NCBI GenBank assembly: GCA_951406725.2
Contig: OX597835.1
Coordinates: forward strand, 5,332,001-5,396,000
Direction: 5' to 3'
Source: Octopus vulgaris
Taxonomy: Eukaryota
Length of the DNA: 64,000 nucleotides
Shown here: positions 13,636 to 26,624 of the stretch, piece after piece
Layout: the number at the start of each line of letters is the position of its first letter
How positions within the stretch are numbered: position 1 is the stretch's first letter
The notes under the pieces: generated by a model
Database searches by the model: none
Seen by the model: the letters and a program-made list of their open reading frames with translations, nothing else
Told to the model about the DNA's origin: nothing
Position numbers and translations under genes: made by a program

Positions 13636-15325
13636 TAATAATAATAATAATAATTAATTCTTTTATAATAATAATAATAATAATAAATAATGGGACAGAA
13701 TTTTTAACCTTATCTCTCTTTAACGTAAATATCATCGGATTTGTTTTAAAAAGTTTCGAATAGTTTTGAAAAATAAGATCAGATATTTAAAACATTCAAA
13801 ACTAAGTAAAAACTGGAAAAAATGTTTGGAGTGACAGTCAATGCACCCCTTTTGCTTTTCAGAAATGTAAATCTCTGATTCTTAACACAGAAGATACAAA
13901 TTTTGGGTATATTAGGTAATTTCCGACTCTAATCAACTGAAACATTACATGTAATCTTGTAGAATAGAGTCGGAAATGATCTAATTTGTGGAAGTTTGGA
14001 AGTTATTTTGGAATTGCTTGTTTTAAACATCGAATTTTGCAAATCGTTACCCAATGCACACACACACACACACACACACACATTTCCAACTTTAGTTACA
14101 AATACAATCAGCAACTGAAAGTTTCGTACCTCGATTTTTTTATTATTACGAAATTTACTTCGATCCGGACCCCTTATATCTGATCGATTAAGGCTGGGCT
14201 AGATAGAAAACAAAAGTGTGAACAACCACAACAGCTGGCACCGTTACTACCACCAACACAACCACCACGATCACCACCACCACCAACAACAGTATTCTTA
14301 TCTACTATAAGTACAAGGCCTGGATTTTGAGGGAGGGTTAGGGTAAGGATTTAATAAGTACCAGTTACGCACTGGGGTCGATGTAATCGACTTAATCCGT
14401 TTGTTTGTCCCCTCTGTGTGTAGCCTCTTGTGGGCAGCAAATAAATGGGTATTTCACCTGTATGAAGAAACAAAGGCGATGGAGCACACTTGTGTAGGTA
14501 TGCTGTCTTTGGTCAGAAGTCTTCTCATTACGGCTGACCTGGGGCTAAACAATAACAAGTTTACTCTGCGCCACCTCCACTACCACCATCACCACCTCCA
14601 CCATCACCATCACCATCACTACTATTTCACTAAACAATTCAACCTGCTAGAAATAGTAGTCAAATCTCATTCAAATCATATCCTACCGTCTTTGAAAATA
14701 AAGGATACGTTAAATAATGTAAGTTGTTAAAAAGACTGGATGGTCATGACCGGAACTTATTTGATCCTGAATCACTTGGGTCTTACTTGAGGTTAAACAA
14801 CTCCATACATGGTCGCTCGAAATGTCAGAAATAGCAGTCAAATGTTTTTTAAATTACACAGAGTATCATCTTGTGGGGAAAAAAAAAACAAAGACACATC
14901 AGATAGTGTAGTTCTAGACCTACTTCTAAAAAGCCAGGATGGTTACAGATGGATTGTCTTTGATCGGAGACATGCTCTGTTGGAGCTGATCAGAGGCTCG
15001 AAATACCACCACTTGCCATGTTAAGTGAGTTTATCCAAACCGGTGCATCTGTGGAATGGTTCCTTCTGATCCTTAATTTCAGCATAGTAAACGTTATTGT
15101 TATTGATGATGATGATGATGGTGGTGGTGATAATGATGGTGATGATGGTAGTGATGATCGTGCTAGTAATGATGATGGTGATGGTGGTGGTGGTGGTGGT
15201 GGTGGTGGTGGTGGCAGCGATAGTATTGATGATGACGATGTCGGCAGTGGCAGCGGCGTCGTCTCTGTAACTCTACTTCTTATATTCTTCACTTAAACAA
15301 TCCTCTCTTGTCTTTTATTTATTTA

Positions 15326-15916
15326 CTAGCAGTATCGCCCGGCGTTGCTCGGGTTTGTAAGGGAAATAACTATATAAGCATTTTTAGAGAGTTATAGCCA
15401 AAACATAGCAAAAAAATGCATTAAAAATGGAAAAAAATGATGGTAAATTTTTTAAAAAATCGTTGACTCATCGTAGACATTTTTAGAGAGTTACTTCCCT
15501 TATATAATAGCGAAAAAAATGCATTAAAATGGGAAAAAAATGATGGTAAATTTTTTTTTAAATCGTTGACTCATCGTAGACATTTTTAGAGAGTTACTTC
15601 CCTTATATAATAGCGAAAAAATGCATTAAAATGGAAAAAAATGATGGTAAATTTTTTTTAAATCGTTGACTCATCGTAGATATTTTTTAGAGAGTTACTT
15701 CCCTTATATAATAGCGAAAAAATGCATTAAAATGGAAAAAATGATGGTAAATTTTTTTTAAATCGTAGACGCGCGCTAATACCCAGAAGGGCTCGATATG
15801 AATGACGACTATAAGATACCCGGTTTTGGTTAAACTGCACCGCAAAATGTGGGAGTAGTTAGGAATCTAAATCGTAGGAGACAGACAGCACACAACTTCA
15901 CTTTTATATATAAAGA
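15326..15916 (-). mobile_element. non-autonomous Helitron with internal approx. 115-bp tandem units
   Basis: 5' TC, 3' hairpin CCCGAGCAACGCCGGG then CTAG, inserted between A and T, no TSD. Confidence 0.9.
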
Positions 15917-16277
15917 TTTCCTCTCTGTCTTTATTCTTGCTCTTTTACCATTTTCTTCGGTTCCTTCCCAACGCTTCCAATTTCATTCAGCCTCTAATTG
16001 ATTTCTTTCGTCGTTGTCTTTCTACGCTCTTTCAATTTTTTTTTTTTTTTTTCCTTTTCGTTCTTCAAATTTCTGCTGATTCTTCAGTTTTCTTCTTTTC
16101 ATTCTTTCTGAAAATATCTTTCAACATAGAATCCATCATTTATTTATTTATTTATTTATTTATTTATTCATTTATTTATTTATTTATTTATTATTTATTT
16201 ATTTATTCGTTTTTGCATAGATTATTCATTTGCTTTAGCATAGTTTTTAAAATTGACATCGTTTATAAAATTTTACC

Positions 16278-16317
<40 letters not shown>

Positions 16318-16479
16318 TGTCAGATTCAGAAACTGCAAAAACTTTTGCTTGTATATATATCATAATAATAATAATAACAACAATAATAGTAGTAATAATA
16401 ATTATAATAGGGGATATTATTCCAAACTTACAGGAAAAATTCAATTTAGAAATACTAAATCAAATTTCATAAAATATAA

Positions 16480-16992
16480 TCTATATATATAAAACTGCAG
16501 TTGTGTGAGTGTCTGTCCCCTTCGATTTAGATTCCTAACTACTCCCACATTTTGCGGTGCAGTTTAACCAAATTCGGGTATCTAATAGTCGTGATTCATA
16601 TCGAGCCCGTCTGAGTATTAGCGCGCGTCTACGATGAGTCTACGATTTTAAAAATAATTTAACATCATTTTTTATTCCATTTTAATGCATAATTTTTCGT
16701 GTGTCGATGGCGGCGGAGTTGGCGTCGATGGTCACACCTGCACCTGATTGCTTCTCCCCCTTCTTCCCTCCCTCGTGAAGCTGTGGGGAAGGGAGTGTAA
16801 GGAAATCAACGCCGTAAAGCGTTGTCAAGGAGACCAGCGTTCTTTTAGAACAACGACTTCATGGCTTGAAGACACCAAAACAGAAATGGCTAAGAAAGCC
16901 CGAATTGGCATCTATAAGGGAAGTAACTCTCTAAAAATGCTTATATAGTTATTTCCCTTACAAACCCGAGCAACGCCGGGCGATACTGCTAG
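16480..16992 (+). mobile_element. non-autonomous Helitron, variant with extra approx. 215-bp internal segment
   Basis: A|TC...hairpin...CTAG|T; internal 16698-16913 shared with the copy at 34413-34858. Confidence 0.9.
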
Positions 16993-16995
16993 TAT

Positions 16996-17285
16996 ATATA
17001 TAAATGAGAAAAAACCCACCTTTTATCAATTCAAAATGAACAATTAAATTACACCATCTAGAAAATCACTTATAATAGAAGTATTAAATATAAAAAAAAA
17101 CAATATACCGATGATTAAGTAATGTGCAATACGTTTTATTTATTATTTTGCACATTACTTAATCATCGGTATATTATTTTTTTAATCTTATATTTAATAT
17201 TTCTATTATATGTAATTTTCTAGATGGTGTCATTTAATTTTTCATTTCGAATTGATGAAAGGTGGTTGTTTTCTAAGTTATATAT
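16996..17285. repeat. AT-rich foldback (approx. 135-bp imperfect inverted arms) in (TA)n
   Basis: AATATACCGATGATTAAGTAATGTGCAA / TTGCACATTACTTAATCATCGGTATATT at the centre, arms extend outward. Confidence 0.75.
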
Positions 17286-17547
17286 ATATATAATAAAAAT
17301 AACTTTAATCAGAACAGATTAAGATTAGGTAATTTGCGAATGTAGTCCTTCCGTGTATCTCAATATCTTGTTCATGACTGGAGCCAATAATTATATATTT
17401 TGTTTTCATTTGTGTTCATATTTTCATCTTTAACAGTGAAACAGTATCTTAGATTTTCACAAGCGAAATAAAAAATAAAAATTAATGAATAAATAAATTG
17501 AAATTGCGTAGTTTTTTTTTGTTTTTTTTTAAATTCGAGGTTTTTTT

Positions 17548-17767
17548 TTGTACTTGTTTCAGTCATTTGACTGCGGTCATGCTGGAGCACCGCCTTTAGA
17601 GTGGTGAAAGAGTACAGCAGGGATCACCACATCCCGCCGGAGCCTCGTGGAGCTTTTAGGTGTTTTTTTCGCTCAATAAACACACACAACGCCCGGTCTG
17701 GGAATCGAAACCGCGATCCTCCGACCGCAAGTCCGCTGCCCTAACCACTAGGCCATTGCGCCTCCAC
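17548..17767 (-). mobile_element. chimera of SINE D 5' half and SINE A 3' tail
   Basis: 17601-17767 matches 35820-35987; 17548-17598 matches the SINE A tail. Confidence 0.8.
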
Positions 17768-17784
17768 AAGATTTTAGCAAAGTA

Positions 17785-17981
17785 TATTTATATACATAAG
17801 GTCTTTGACAAAGTTGATCATGTGATGATGTGTCACGAACTGCGTGATCTTGTATCACCAAAGAAACTGGGAGAGTGACTGCAGGGTTTTCTAAAAGCCA
17901 GAAGTCAGAGTCGAGGTGGCGAGAGCTGGCAGAAACGTTGGCACGCCGGGAGAAATGATTAGCAGTCGTGGCCAATGATGT

Positions 17982-17987
<6 letters not shown>
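17785..17987 (+). pseudogene. CR1/L2-type LINE reverse transcriptase fragment
   Basis: KVFDKVDHVMMCHELRDL...KLGE*LQGFLKARSQ, short SINE-B-head insert, then AVVANDVLS; matches the KAFDKVDH motif. Confidence 0.75.
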
Positions 17988-18048
<61 letters not shown>

Positions 18049-18055
18049 CTCTCTC

Positions 18056-18628
18056 AACATAGAGGGGACAAACAAGGACAGACAGACGGATTAAGTCGAT
18101 TATATCGACCCCAGTGCGTAACTGTTACTAATTTAATCGACCCCGAAAGGGTGAAAGGCAAAGTCGACCTCGACGGAATTTGAACTCAGAACGTAGCGGC
18201 AGACGAAATACCTATTTCTTTACTACCCACAAGGGGCTAAACATAGAGGGGACAAACAAGGACAGACAGACGGATTAAGTCGATTATATCGACCCCAGTG
18301 CGTAACTGGTACTTAATTTATCGACCCCGAAAGGATGAAAGGCAAAGTCGACCTCGGCGGAATTTGAACTCAGAACGTAACGGCAGACGAAATACCTATT
18401 TCTTTATTACCCACAAGGGGCTAAACACAGAGGGGACAAACAAGGACAGACATAGGTATTAAGTCGATTACATCGACCCCAGTGCGTAACTGGTACTTAT
18501 TTAATCGACTCCGAAAGGATGAAAGGCAAAGTCGACCTCGGCGGAATTTGAACTCAGAACGTAACGGCAGGCGAAATACGGCTACGCATTTCGGCCGGCG
18601 TGCTAACGTCTCTGCCAGATCGCCGCCT
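18056..18628 (-). mobile_element. SINE family B, one head plus three tandem bodies
   Basis: head GGCGGCGA(G/T)CTGGCAGA; approx. 185-bp body with GAGTTCAAATTCC B-box-like motif repeated 3x. Confidence 0.9.
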
Positions 18629-18749
18629 TATGTTTTAGCCTCTGGCTAAGTAACTCGTCTGTTTCACCGAGATCAGTCTTGTGTGGTGGCTCTGAATTGC
18701 TTCAAGTTCCGCCACTAATTTGACGCTCTGCGGTTACTACAGTATGTTC

Positions 18750-19131
18750 CCGAGGTCGACTTTGCCTTTCATCCTTTCGGGGTCGATAAATTAAGTACCA
18801 GTTACGCACTGGGGTCGATGTAATCGACTTAATACCTATGTCTGTCCATGTTTGTCCCCTCTATGTTTAGCCCCTTGTGGGTAATAAAGAAATAGGTTAC
18901 TACAGTATGTATAGCAGAGTCGTTAGCACGCCGGGCGAAATGCTTAGCCGTATTTCGTCTGCCGTTACGTTCTGAGTTCAAATTCCGCCGAGGTCGACTT
19001 TGCTTTTCATCCTTTCGGGGGTCGATAAATTAAGTACCAGTTACGCACTGGGGTCGATGTAATCGACTTAATCCCTTTGTCTGTCCTTGTTTGTCCCCTC
19101 TGTGTTTAGCCCCTTGTGGGTAGTAAAGAAA
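18750..19131 (+). mobile_element. two SINE B copies
   Basis: core CCGAGGTCGACTTTGCCTTTCATCCTTTCGGGGTCGATAAATTAAGTACC (1-2 differences in the second copy). Confidence 0.85.
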
Positions 19132-19158
19132 TATATACATGTGTGTGTGAGTGACTGA

Positions 19159-19215
<57 letters not shown>

Positions 19216-19368
19216 TGCCCCCACGCGCACACTCAACTCTATTGCAGCTGTAAATCTCCGAATCTTTTATCAGAAACAGTTTCTGATTTAAAAAGAAAAA
19301 AAAAAAATTGATAAGAAATTTTTTTTATGATTAATAATTTCTTTTATTTCTTTATTTATTTATTACAG

Positions 19369-19409
19369 ATTTCGTATCTGAGTGTTTAGAAAGATTCGAA
19401 GCCCGTTAA
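19369..19409 (+). CDS. candidate short terminal exon (xFVSECLERFEAR*)
   Basis: long T-rich tract plus TTACAG acceptor in unique DNA; no recognised homology. Confidence 0.25.
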
Positions 19410-20074
19410 GAAATGCATAACAGCTGTAAATCCTTTAATCCTAATTACAAAAAATACAAAGTTTTGGTTCGTTATTTCTTTTCTTTTCTTTTCTCTTTTT
19501 TTCTGTAAATTTTAAATTTTGTTTAAAAGAAAATATCCGAAAACTAATTTTTAAAAAATTTAATGAAAAAACGGTAAGCGAATAAACGCCGAAATTTTTT
19601 CTTACATTTAATTATTTTCCGCTTCTCCTTCAAATTTTTTCCTTATTCTTTATTTTCCTTCAATCTTCTTAAAGTCTGGTTTTGTTCAATGATTACTAAA
19701 TATCTCGTTTTATCAGCTCTGTTAATTATGGCTAGAGACGTTCTTAGTTCTTTATTTGGCGTAGGAGCAAGTTGTTTCAAAGCCAAGTCTAAGGTGCCAA
19801 AGCAACAACAAACCGTTTCCAATTTTCCATTCCAATCCTTCCAGTTGGGAATAAGATATTAGCAATTGCTATATTTTTCTTTCAGGATAATCTTTGACTT
19901 GAAAACAGCGTAATTAAAAATGAAACCTGAAAATATTAGGTAAGGTACAAAAATAGCTTGGCTTTCCTGAATTACCGAAGCGATTAAGTAAATTCTTCGA
20001 AAATTGTTCGTTATTATAGATAAGGATTATTATTAAAGTGTTAGTTTTCATTTTACAACATCATTAAAATATGG

Positions 20075-20568
20075 TGTTGTAGCGGTGATTCAAACCTCAG
20101 CCATTAGATAACCGGTCAGACACCCTGGCCGAACCGCCGCAGTTTCACGTGATCGGTCTATAAAACAGCCAATCAGTCTGAAGCTGTGGCGTGATGTTGT
20201 TTTCTAGAATGTTCTTGTATCATACCAAAGACCATTTTGGCACCTTTTAGTCGCAGAATGTTGAAGGCGGCTGAGCGACATTCGTCTCCAGTCTTGCCAC
20301 GCTGACGGTTCAAGACATTTGCTCAGACATCTCCGGGTTCTCAGACAGACCTATTCTGAACATTCACACAATGTCTCATAAGAAACTTTTACTGACACGG
20401 CGCAGTTTTTGTCTCTCTTCCACTCAGTAAGTATTAATATTATTGATTGTAAATAGCCACCAACAAATATCTTTATATCCAGCCATAAACATTTCAGTTA
20501 AATGTTCGTGGCTTTTGCTTCAGTTATTATTCACGTAGCCAAATAAATATGCTTTCATTTTATCAACA
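20075..20568 (+). mobile_element. possible solo LTR
   Basis: TGTTG...CAACA termini, TATAAA near 20158, AATAAA near the 3' end; no TSD found. Confidence 0.35.
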
Positions 20569-20788
20569 CCAAGCAACCAATAGCTATAGGATTAAATTAT
20601 GAAGCTGATAGCATTGAAAATATGACTTTAATTACAAGCAAGAAAAGTAAACAAAATCCGAGTATTTATTTGAAAGTTTTTAGAAAAAAGAATAAAGTAG
20701 GCGAATTTGCTGAATCCACGTAATCAACGCCCTCCACAACAAAACAGAAAAGAGCATATACACACCACTTGCTAGATTCTTCGACCAA

Positions 20789-21092
20789 TTTTTATATATA
20801 AAGTTGAAGTTGTGTGTGTGAGACGCTGTCTCCTCCGATTTAGATTCCTAACTACTCCCACATTTTGCGGTGCAGTTTAAGCAAAAGCGGGTATCTTATA
20901 GTCGTCATTCATATCGAGCCCTTCTGGGTATTAGCGCGCGTCTACGATGAGTCTACGATAAAAAAAAATTACCATCATTTTTCCGCATTTTTAATGATTT
21001 TTGCTCGGGTTATATAAGGGAAGTAACTCTCTAAAAATGCTTATATAGTTATTTCCCTTACAAACCCGAGCAACGCCAGGCGATACTGCTAG
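20789..21092 (+). mobile_element. non-autonomous Helitron, short form
   Basis: same family; 3' hairpin plus CTAG. Confidence 0.88.
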
Positions 21093-22200
21093 CTTACGAA
21101 TAAATCATCACTTTACATAAGTGACTTGTAAGATTTATTCAAATCAGTTGATTACTGTCTTAATTCTAGCCCTTGGTCGACAAAAGACTGGAGTGGATTT
21201 GGTAGCCGGAAACTGAAAGAAGTCCTTCGTGTGTTCTTCTGATCAGTAAGTATCCGGACTGTTGCCATAGTAACTAAGCTAAAGCACGCAGAATGAAGAC
21301 GCTTGGCACAGGTTGACCTTGACCTCTGCTGTGCATGCGCACTAAGTTTTAACGTTCTAGCTCACTCCCGCTGTTTACGGCAGTTCTTGGAATGAACGGT
21401 GTGTTTACGTTCTAGTAACTTAGCGGTTCGGCAAAAGAGACCGATAGAATAAGTACTAGGCTTACAAAGAATAAGTCCTGGGGTCGATTTGCTCGACTAA
21501 AGGCGCTGCTCCAGCATGGCCGTAGTCAAATGACTGAAACAAGTAAAAGAGAAATAAAAGAGAATTTCCCTATGTAAGTTTTTCCATATCTTCTCGCCCT
21601 TTCTAAGAAAAATAGGATATTTCATTTGCCTTTTGACAATAGTTTGTTTTATTTGATCAAAAGCTTCTCTTTGCATTCTATTAAGAGTTGTTATTCTCTG
21701 TTCAAATTCATTCAATTCACTGTTATTATCGTTCAATGCTCCGTTATTTTCTGAATAACCTGCATTTAGAAGTTCTCTGCCAATTCTTATAATACCACGA
21801 AGATACGATGTTATCTCAGTTTCTAGTTATGTTGATTTCTGCGAAGTTGTTCAAAAGGCGATATTCAAATTGCTACGAAGTTTGGTCAAATGGTTGAATA
21901 CATGGAACAATGCAAAAAATATGTCTTACAGTTTTGATGACATCTCTACTGGCGCGCTTCCTCGAAGCATCTCTGCCTCTCATTATCATTCGCAGTTCAT
22001 TCCTCTTGTCTGAAATATCATGTAACTACTTTAATGGGAAGCGAACTTGTTTAACCACACATCATGTGTTTGCGCGTGTGGGTAACTGGATATCAAAATT
22101 GCACTTTAATCCGAAGCGCTGAACCAATATTTCCTGGGACGACACCGATTTGGCACTAACCTTTCTATGACCTCAACCATGACAACGTTTAACCTTTAAT
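21093..22200 (-). pseudogene. fossil Helitron RepHel (PIF1-like helicase region), frameshifted and interrupted
   Basis: ANDNERQRCFEEA...VRHIFCIVPCIQPFD; LNRMQREAFDQI; LFFLERARRYGKTYI (Walker A-like); LNKSYKSLM*SDDLF, in the order expected for Helitron helicases. Confidence 0.7.
21170..21560 (+). mobile_element. SINE A remnant interrupted by a probable mariner end fragment (about 21235-21400)
   Basis: SINE A body on both sides; insert starts CTGATCAGTAAGTATCCGGACT, resembling a mariner TIR. Confidence 0.65.
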
Positions 22201-23056
22201 CTGTTACGAGAGTGTAGCCATCATATGACGGCAATTGTTGGGAATATGTTGTGAATAATATCAGTTAATTTTTACTTGAGGTAGTACAATTATGATTCTA
22301 CTTTTTTTTTTCAAATCTCATGGTATTTATACAAAATAATGAACAGAATATTGATTTTCAAACTAAAAAAATAATTAATTGAAATAATAAAATTAAATAA
22401 AGCAAGATGTTCATGTTTATATTTACAATAAATCTATGTCACTAATAACAATGATACAGTTAATACTCTGATAATGAAGTGAGAAGAAAATTTGTGCAAA
22501 ATATCACCATAAATAAGGAGAATATAAAAAAAAAATTCCGGTATTGTATTTTGATAATGGTCTCAAATTTCGGCACAAAACCAGCAATTTCAGGAATAGT
22601 CGCCAGATCTCTTTCAAATCAAAAACCTAAAGTCCTAAACTTTTAGCATTCAGATTACTTTGTTAAATAAAATACTTGTTTATTCACGTTGTTTTGAATT
22701 AATCATACATTGTTTTGTAGCTTTGTGATTTCAATGAAGTGGTTGTATATTTTAAGAACAACATTGTAAGGAAGGTGTGAAAGTGGTCTGGTGAGTTTGA
22801 ACATAAAACAAGGAGAATATTCGGGTCTGATTTGGTCGGTTCGAATACTAAATAGTTAAAAGAGGAAATTATGCTGTATATTATTTCAAGAGAAGCTCGC
22901 AGAACAGCAGGAATCCAAACAATTATGTATCAATTCTCACTACATTCTGGCCGATTCGAACCTGAATGATCATTGTTGTTTTTCGTCACTGGAGAACGTT
23001 TTCTCCCTTTAGACAATGTGTGTTCATAGCATAGGTGATTCGCTTATGTAAAGGGA

Positions 23057-23107
23057 CTTTGAGACACAGCAGTGTTTCGACCTTATTATGTGTTTCATCA
23101 GTCAAAG
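23057..23107 (-). ncRNA. type-I hammerhead ribozyme motif, family 1 copy a
   Basis: CTTTGA CTGATGA AAC..GTC GAA ACAC-TGCT-GTGT C TCAAAG: intact core, GUC site, mismatch at the first stem II pair. Confidence 0.75.
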
Positions 23108-24149
23108 CGACCCTGAACCGATGATTCTAACTAGAGTGCAATTTCTTGTTCATAGAAATTCGCGAGTAATTTATTTGCCGATGCGAGCGGATATCTACCA
23201 AACAGATAATAATTCATGCGCACGCAGGCTTGAAATACATTATCCGAAAAACGGGAGAAAGCAATGGTCGCGCTAGTTAATGTAGTCCGAGACATCCCTT
23301 TAAACAATAGGAATGGTCACGGTTGGAATGCTGTTGATTCTATGTCTGCTTGAATAGGGCAGGCCAATGGGCATAAACTTCAATAACTCTGATCCATCTA
23401 GTTGAAAGTTCAATTGTTTTTACTTATATAAACCAAAAGGTTTTACGGAGTAAAGTTCACGTGACCTTAAAATGTTGACGTTGTTTAAAATCACACAAAA
23501 AAAATGGAAAAAAATCACCGGCTTAACAAAAAATATATTAATAAAGAGTATCACGATGACAACGACTACGATGATGACACCATAAAGCAAGATGGAAACG
23601 GGAGCAACGTCAGGCGATAAGCAATGAGTTCATTTGAATTTCTTACGAACGCTCGTTTAAAAACGGGCTGGCATAACATCTCGAAGGTTAACCTTGGCTA
23701 TCGTGTTTATCACACTCGTAATTACGTCATTAGTGCTGGTGTCACGTGATCACACACGCTGTTTTTTTGCCTCAGCTTCTGGTGGCTTTTCACCTTGAAC
23801 AAACATAAAAGAAAGAGGCCGCAGTTGAGTGACTGCTTCTTAAATTTCTGACAGTTTATTTGTAGGCTTTGATGCCTGTGTTTCGTTGCCTTTCAACAAA
23901 CGAATAATATATATGTAAATATACATACATTTGTATGTGTGCGTGCGTGCACGTGTATATAAATATATATATAAGTATTAGTAATTTGTGGTAAATCATT
24001 TTACCTTTGCCCATATAATACAGTAAATGAATTGATTGCATCGCAATCATTAACATTTATGTATTAACTTTGTTGGGTACTTCACTAGCAGTATACTGGA
24101 TATACGTTATCCCATAGAGGGTTGCATTTACAACCCCTATCTCAATTTG

Positions 24150-24202
<53 letters not shown>

Positions 24203-24282
24203 ACAAGATAAAAAATAAAACATATGCATATATACATACATATATGTACGTACCTACATCTATATGTATATATACATGCATA

Positions 24283-24585
24283 TATGGGTACAGGACACCA
24301 AAAAAAAACGTCGAACACAATGAGAAACGAAAACATAAACACAAAACCAAGGAAATGGACATTTTTCTTAAACAACGAAAAAAAAGAGTACAAGACATAC
24401 AACACAAGGAACAATCCCCTTCTTCAGTCAACTCTGTTTCATCTACTCCGCGTTTCGAAGGTAAAGGCGAGACACAATTTCGTTGAAACAATCCTTCCCG
24501 CAAAAGCAAATAAAATTTCAGATTCTTTTGCGGAGGGGTAAAAATGGTAACAAAAACAGGACAGTAACGACAGTACAAAATATAA
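24283..24585. mobile_element. (TA)n-associated dispersed repeat, possibly Penelope-related
   Basis: end TATATGGGTACAGGACA also present inverted near 61260-61280. Confidence 0.45.
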
Positions 24586-25063
24586 ACAGTAAAATGTACT
24601 TATTCTACATTGAATGAGGTTGATGGAAAGTAAAAACTTTCAGTTTCATGAAAAACAATTCTTACGCCTTCATTTCACTTTCTGGATCTTCAAACGAAAG
24701 ATCACATTGTTGAGTTGTAGAATTAACCTGCCACCCGGTTTGATTCCACTACCTACCACCTTGGGTGCCTTTAGCAGCATTCGTTTTGTTGCAAACATTT
24801 AGTCCAGGTTTTCGGTTTAAGGATTTCTCCGTAGTTTCTTCGCACCAGTCCCGGCAGCCCTGGAAAGGGTCATGGTCACTGCTTTACCCCGAGACTAAAT
24901 GGCAAAGGAAAAAAATAAATGAAAAAGGCGATATTTCGCTTTATGATCACAAAATAAAAGTGGAGTGTTCGGCTTTAAAATTTAATGAAATGGAAAAGAA
25001 TATTACCCAGTTTATTAGTAAAATGATTAAGTCGGAATAATTTAATCTGAAAAATGATTTATT

Positions 25064-25271
25064 CTTTTACTCTTTTACTTGTTTCAGTCATTTGACTGTG
25101 GCCATGCTGGAACACCGCCTCTAGTCGAGCAAATCGACCCCCAGGACTTATTCTTTGGAAGCCTAGTACTTATTCTATCGGTCTCTTTTGCCAAACCGCT
25201 GAGTTACAGGGACGTAAACACACCAGCATCGGTTGTCAAGCGATGTTGGGGAGACAAACACAGACACACAA

Positions 25272-25314
<43 letters not shown>

Positions 25315-25440
25315 CATATATACGACAGGCTTCTTTCAGTTTCCGTCTACCAAATCCACCCACAAGGCTTTGGTTGGCTCGAACCCGGAACCATGTGGTT
25401 GGTAAGCAAGCTACTTACCACACAGCCACTCCTACGCCTA
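25064..25440 (-). mobile_element. SINE A with internal deletion
   Basis: reverse complement of 636-1054. Confidence 0.9.
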
Positions 25441-25498
25441 TAGGAGCAAAAACTTGTACTCTAGCAAGATTCTAGTTAGATTCGTCGGTTCAGGGTCG

Positions 25499-25549
25499 CT
25501 TTGACCGATGAGACACATAATAAGGTCGAAACACTGCGGTGTCTCAAAG
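25499..25549 (+). ncRNA. type-I hammerhead ribozyme motif, family 1 copy b
   Basis: CTTTGA CCGATGA GAC..GTC GAA ACAC-TGCG-GTGT C TCAAAG: all three stems pair, U4>C in core. Confidence 0.75.
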
Positions 25550-25668
25550 TCCCCTTATATCAGCGAATGTGTTTTCGGTCTCGGTTACGCTGGTAGAAGG
25601 AGACTGAAACAATGACTGGAAAGGGAGAAGCAGTAGCAGCCAGAGACGTTGAATGAGGTTAATTGAAA

Positions 25669-25710
25669 GTGGATTATCCCACGTGGATTATCCCACGTGG
25701 ATTATCCCAC
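25669..25710 (+). repeat. 14-bp perfect tandem x3 (GTGGATTATCCCAC)
   Basis: directly visible. Confidence 0.9.
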
Positions 25711-26624
25711 GTTTTAACGTATGAAAGTCGAACAGCTAATATTATAGCAGCCGGACAGCTCACACAGATAATTTGTTTTCAGTGGTGAAGGCTAGTGTAG
25801 AACCAGCCATACCTTTTCGAAATATTGGTAGCAGGAAGTTGGTGCAAATAGTTGTTACGAACTCAATGAATAACATTCCCCACGCTTTTCGTTTAGAGTT
25901 CTCCATCTTTTGGGTTAGTTTTTTTTTGGGGGGGGGGGGGGGGCAGTGGCTCTGCTGAATTCGCTTGGCCTTAGAAAGATTTTCTTTTTCATCCCACCAA
26001 ATGTCCTAAACCACTTTACACGCCATGCAGGCTGGGCGGTGTTGCCGGGTTGGTCGTCGACGGCTCCAACATGCAACCACACACACACGCGCACACACTC
26101 ACATATATTACAAATATATATGTGTGTTTACATATATATATATATATATATATGTTAGACAGATAGATACACAAACAGTAATGAGCATAAACAAAGCATT
26201 ACATAAACACTAAAGTATCTACCTCACCTACTCACCTATTTCCCTATTCACCTAACAATTTAGCCACCCCCGCCCCACCCCGTGCTCGCTATTTACATAC
26301 CCCCAACCCAAACATGCTTACCTCATTGCCCCCACCAACACCTCTACCCCACAACCCCAACTCCATGTTCCACTCCAATACCGAAACAATTTCACACGCA
26401 AGCACTAAATATTTTCTATTGTGTTTGACAAACCGCCAACTTTTTCTGCTATTTTCTGCAGCAATGTTTATATTAAGAGGTGGCTGCAGTGGCGGCGGCG
26501 GCGGCAACAATGGTTGCGGCGGCAGTGGCGGTAGCGTTGGTAGTGACGGTATATATGCATCAAGTACTCTAAAAGAGTAAATATACAGCTCGTGAGCTGA
26601 AACTAGATAAAATATAAATATAAA

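Noticed and set aside
16748-16948. ORF repeated at 34197-34637
   Set aside because: Lies in the Helitron internal segment; similarity reflects repeat copies, with no recognisable domain
19645-19860. ATG-less minus-strand open frame (YLIPNWKDWNGKLETVCCC...)
   Set aside because: No splice signals or homology recognised; length compatible with chance
24415-24470. GAAA...CTGAAGA order suggesting a permuted (type II) hammerhead (also near 30045 and 46150)
   Set aside because: Stem I does not pair and stems II and III are marginal
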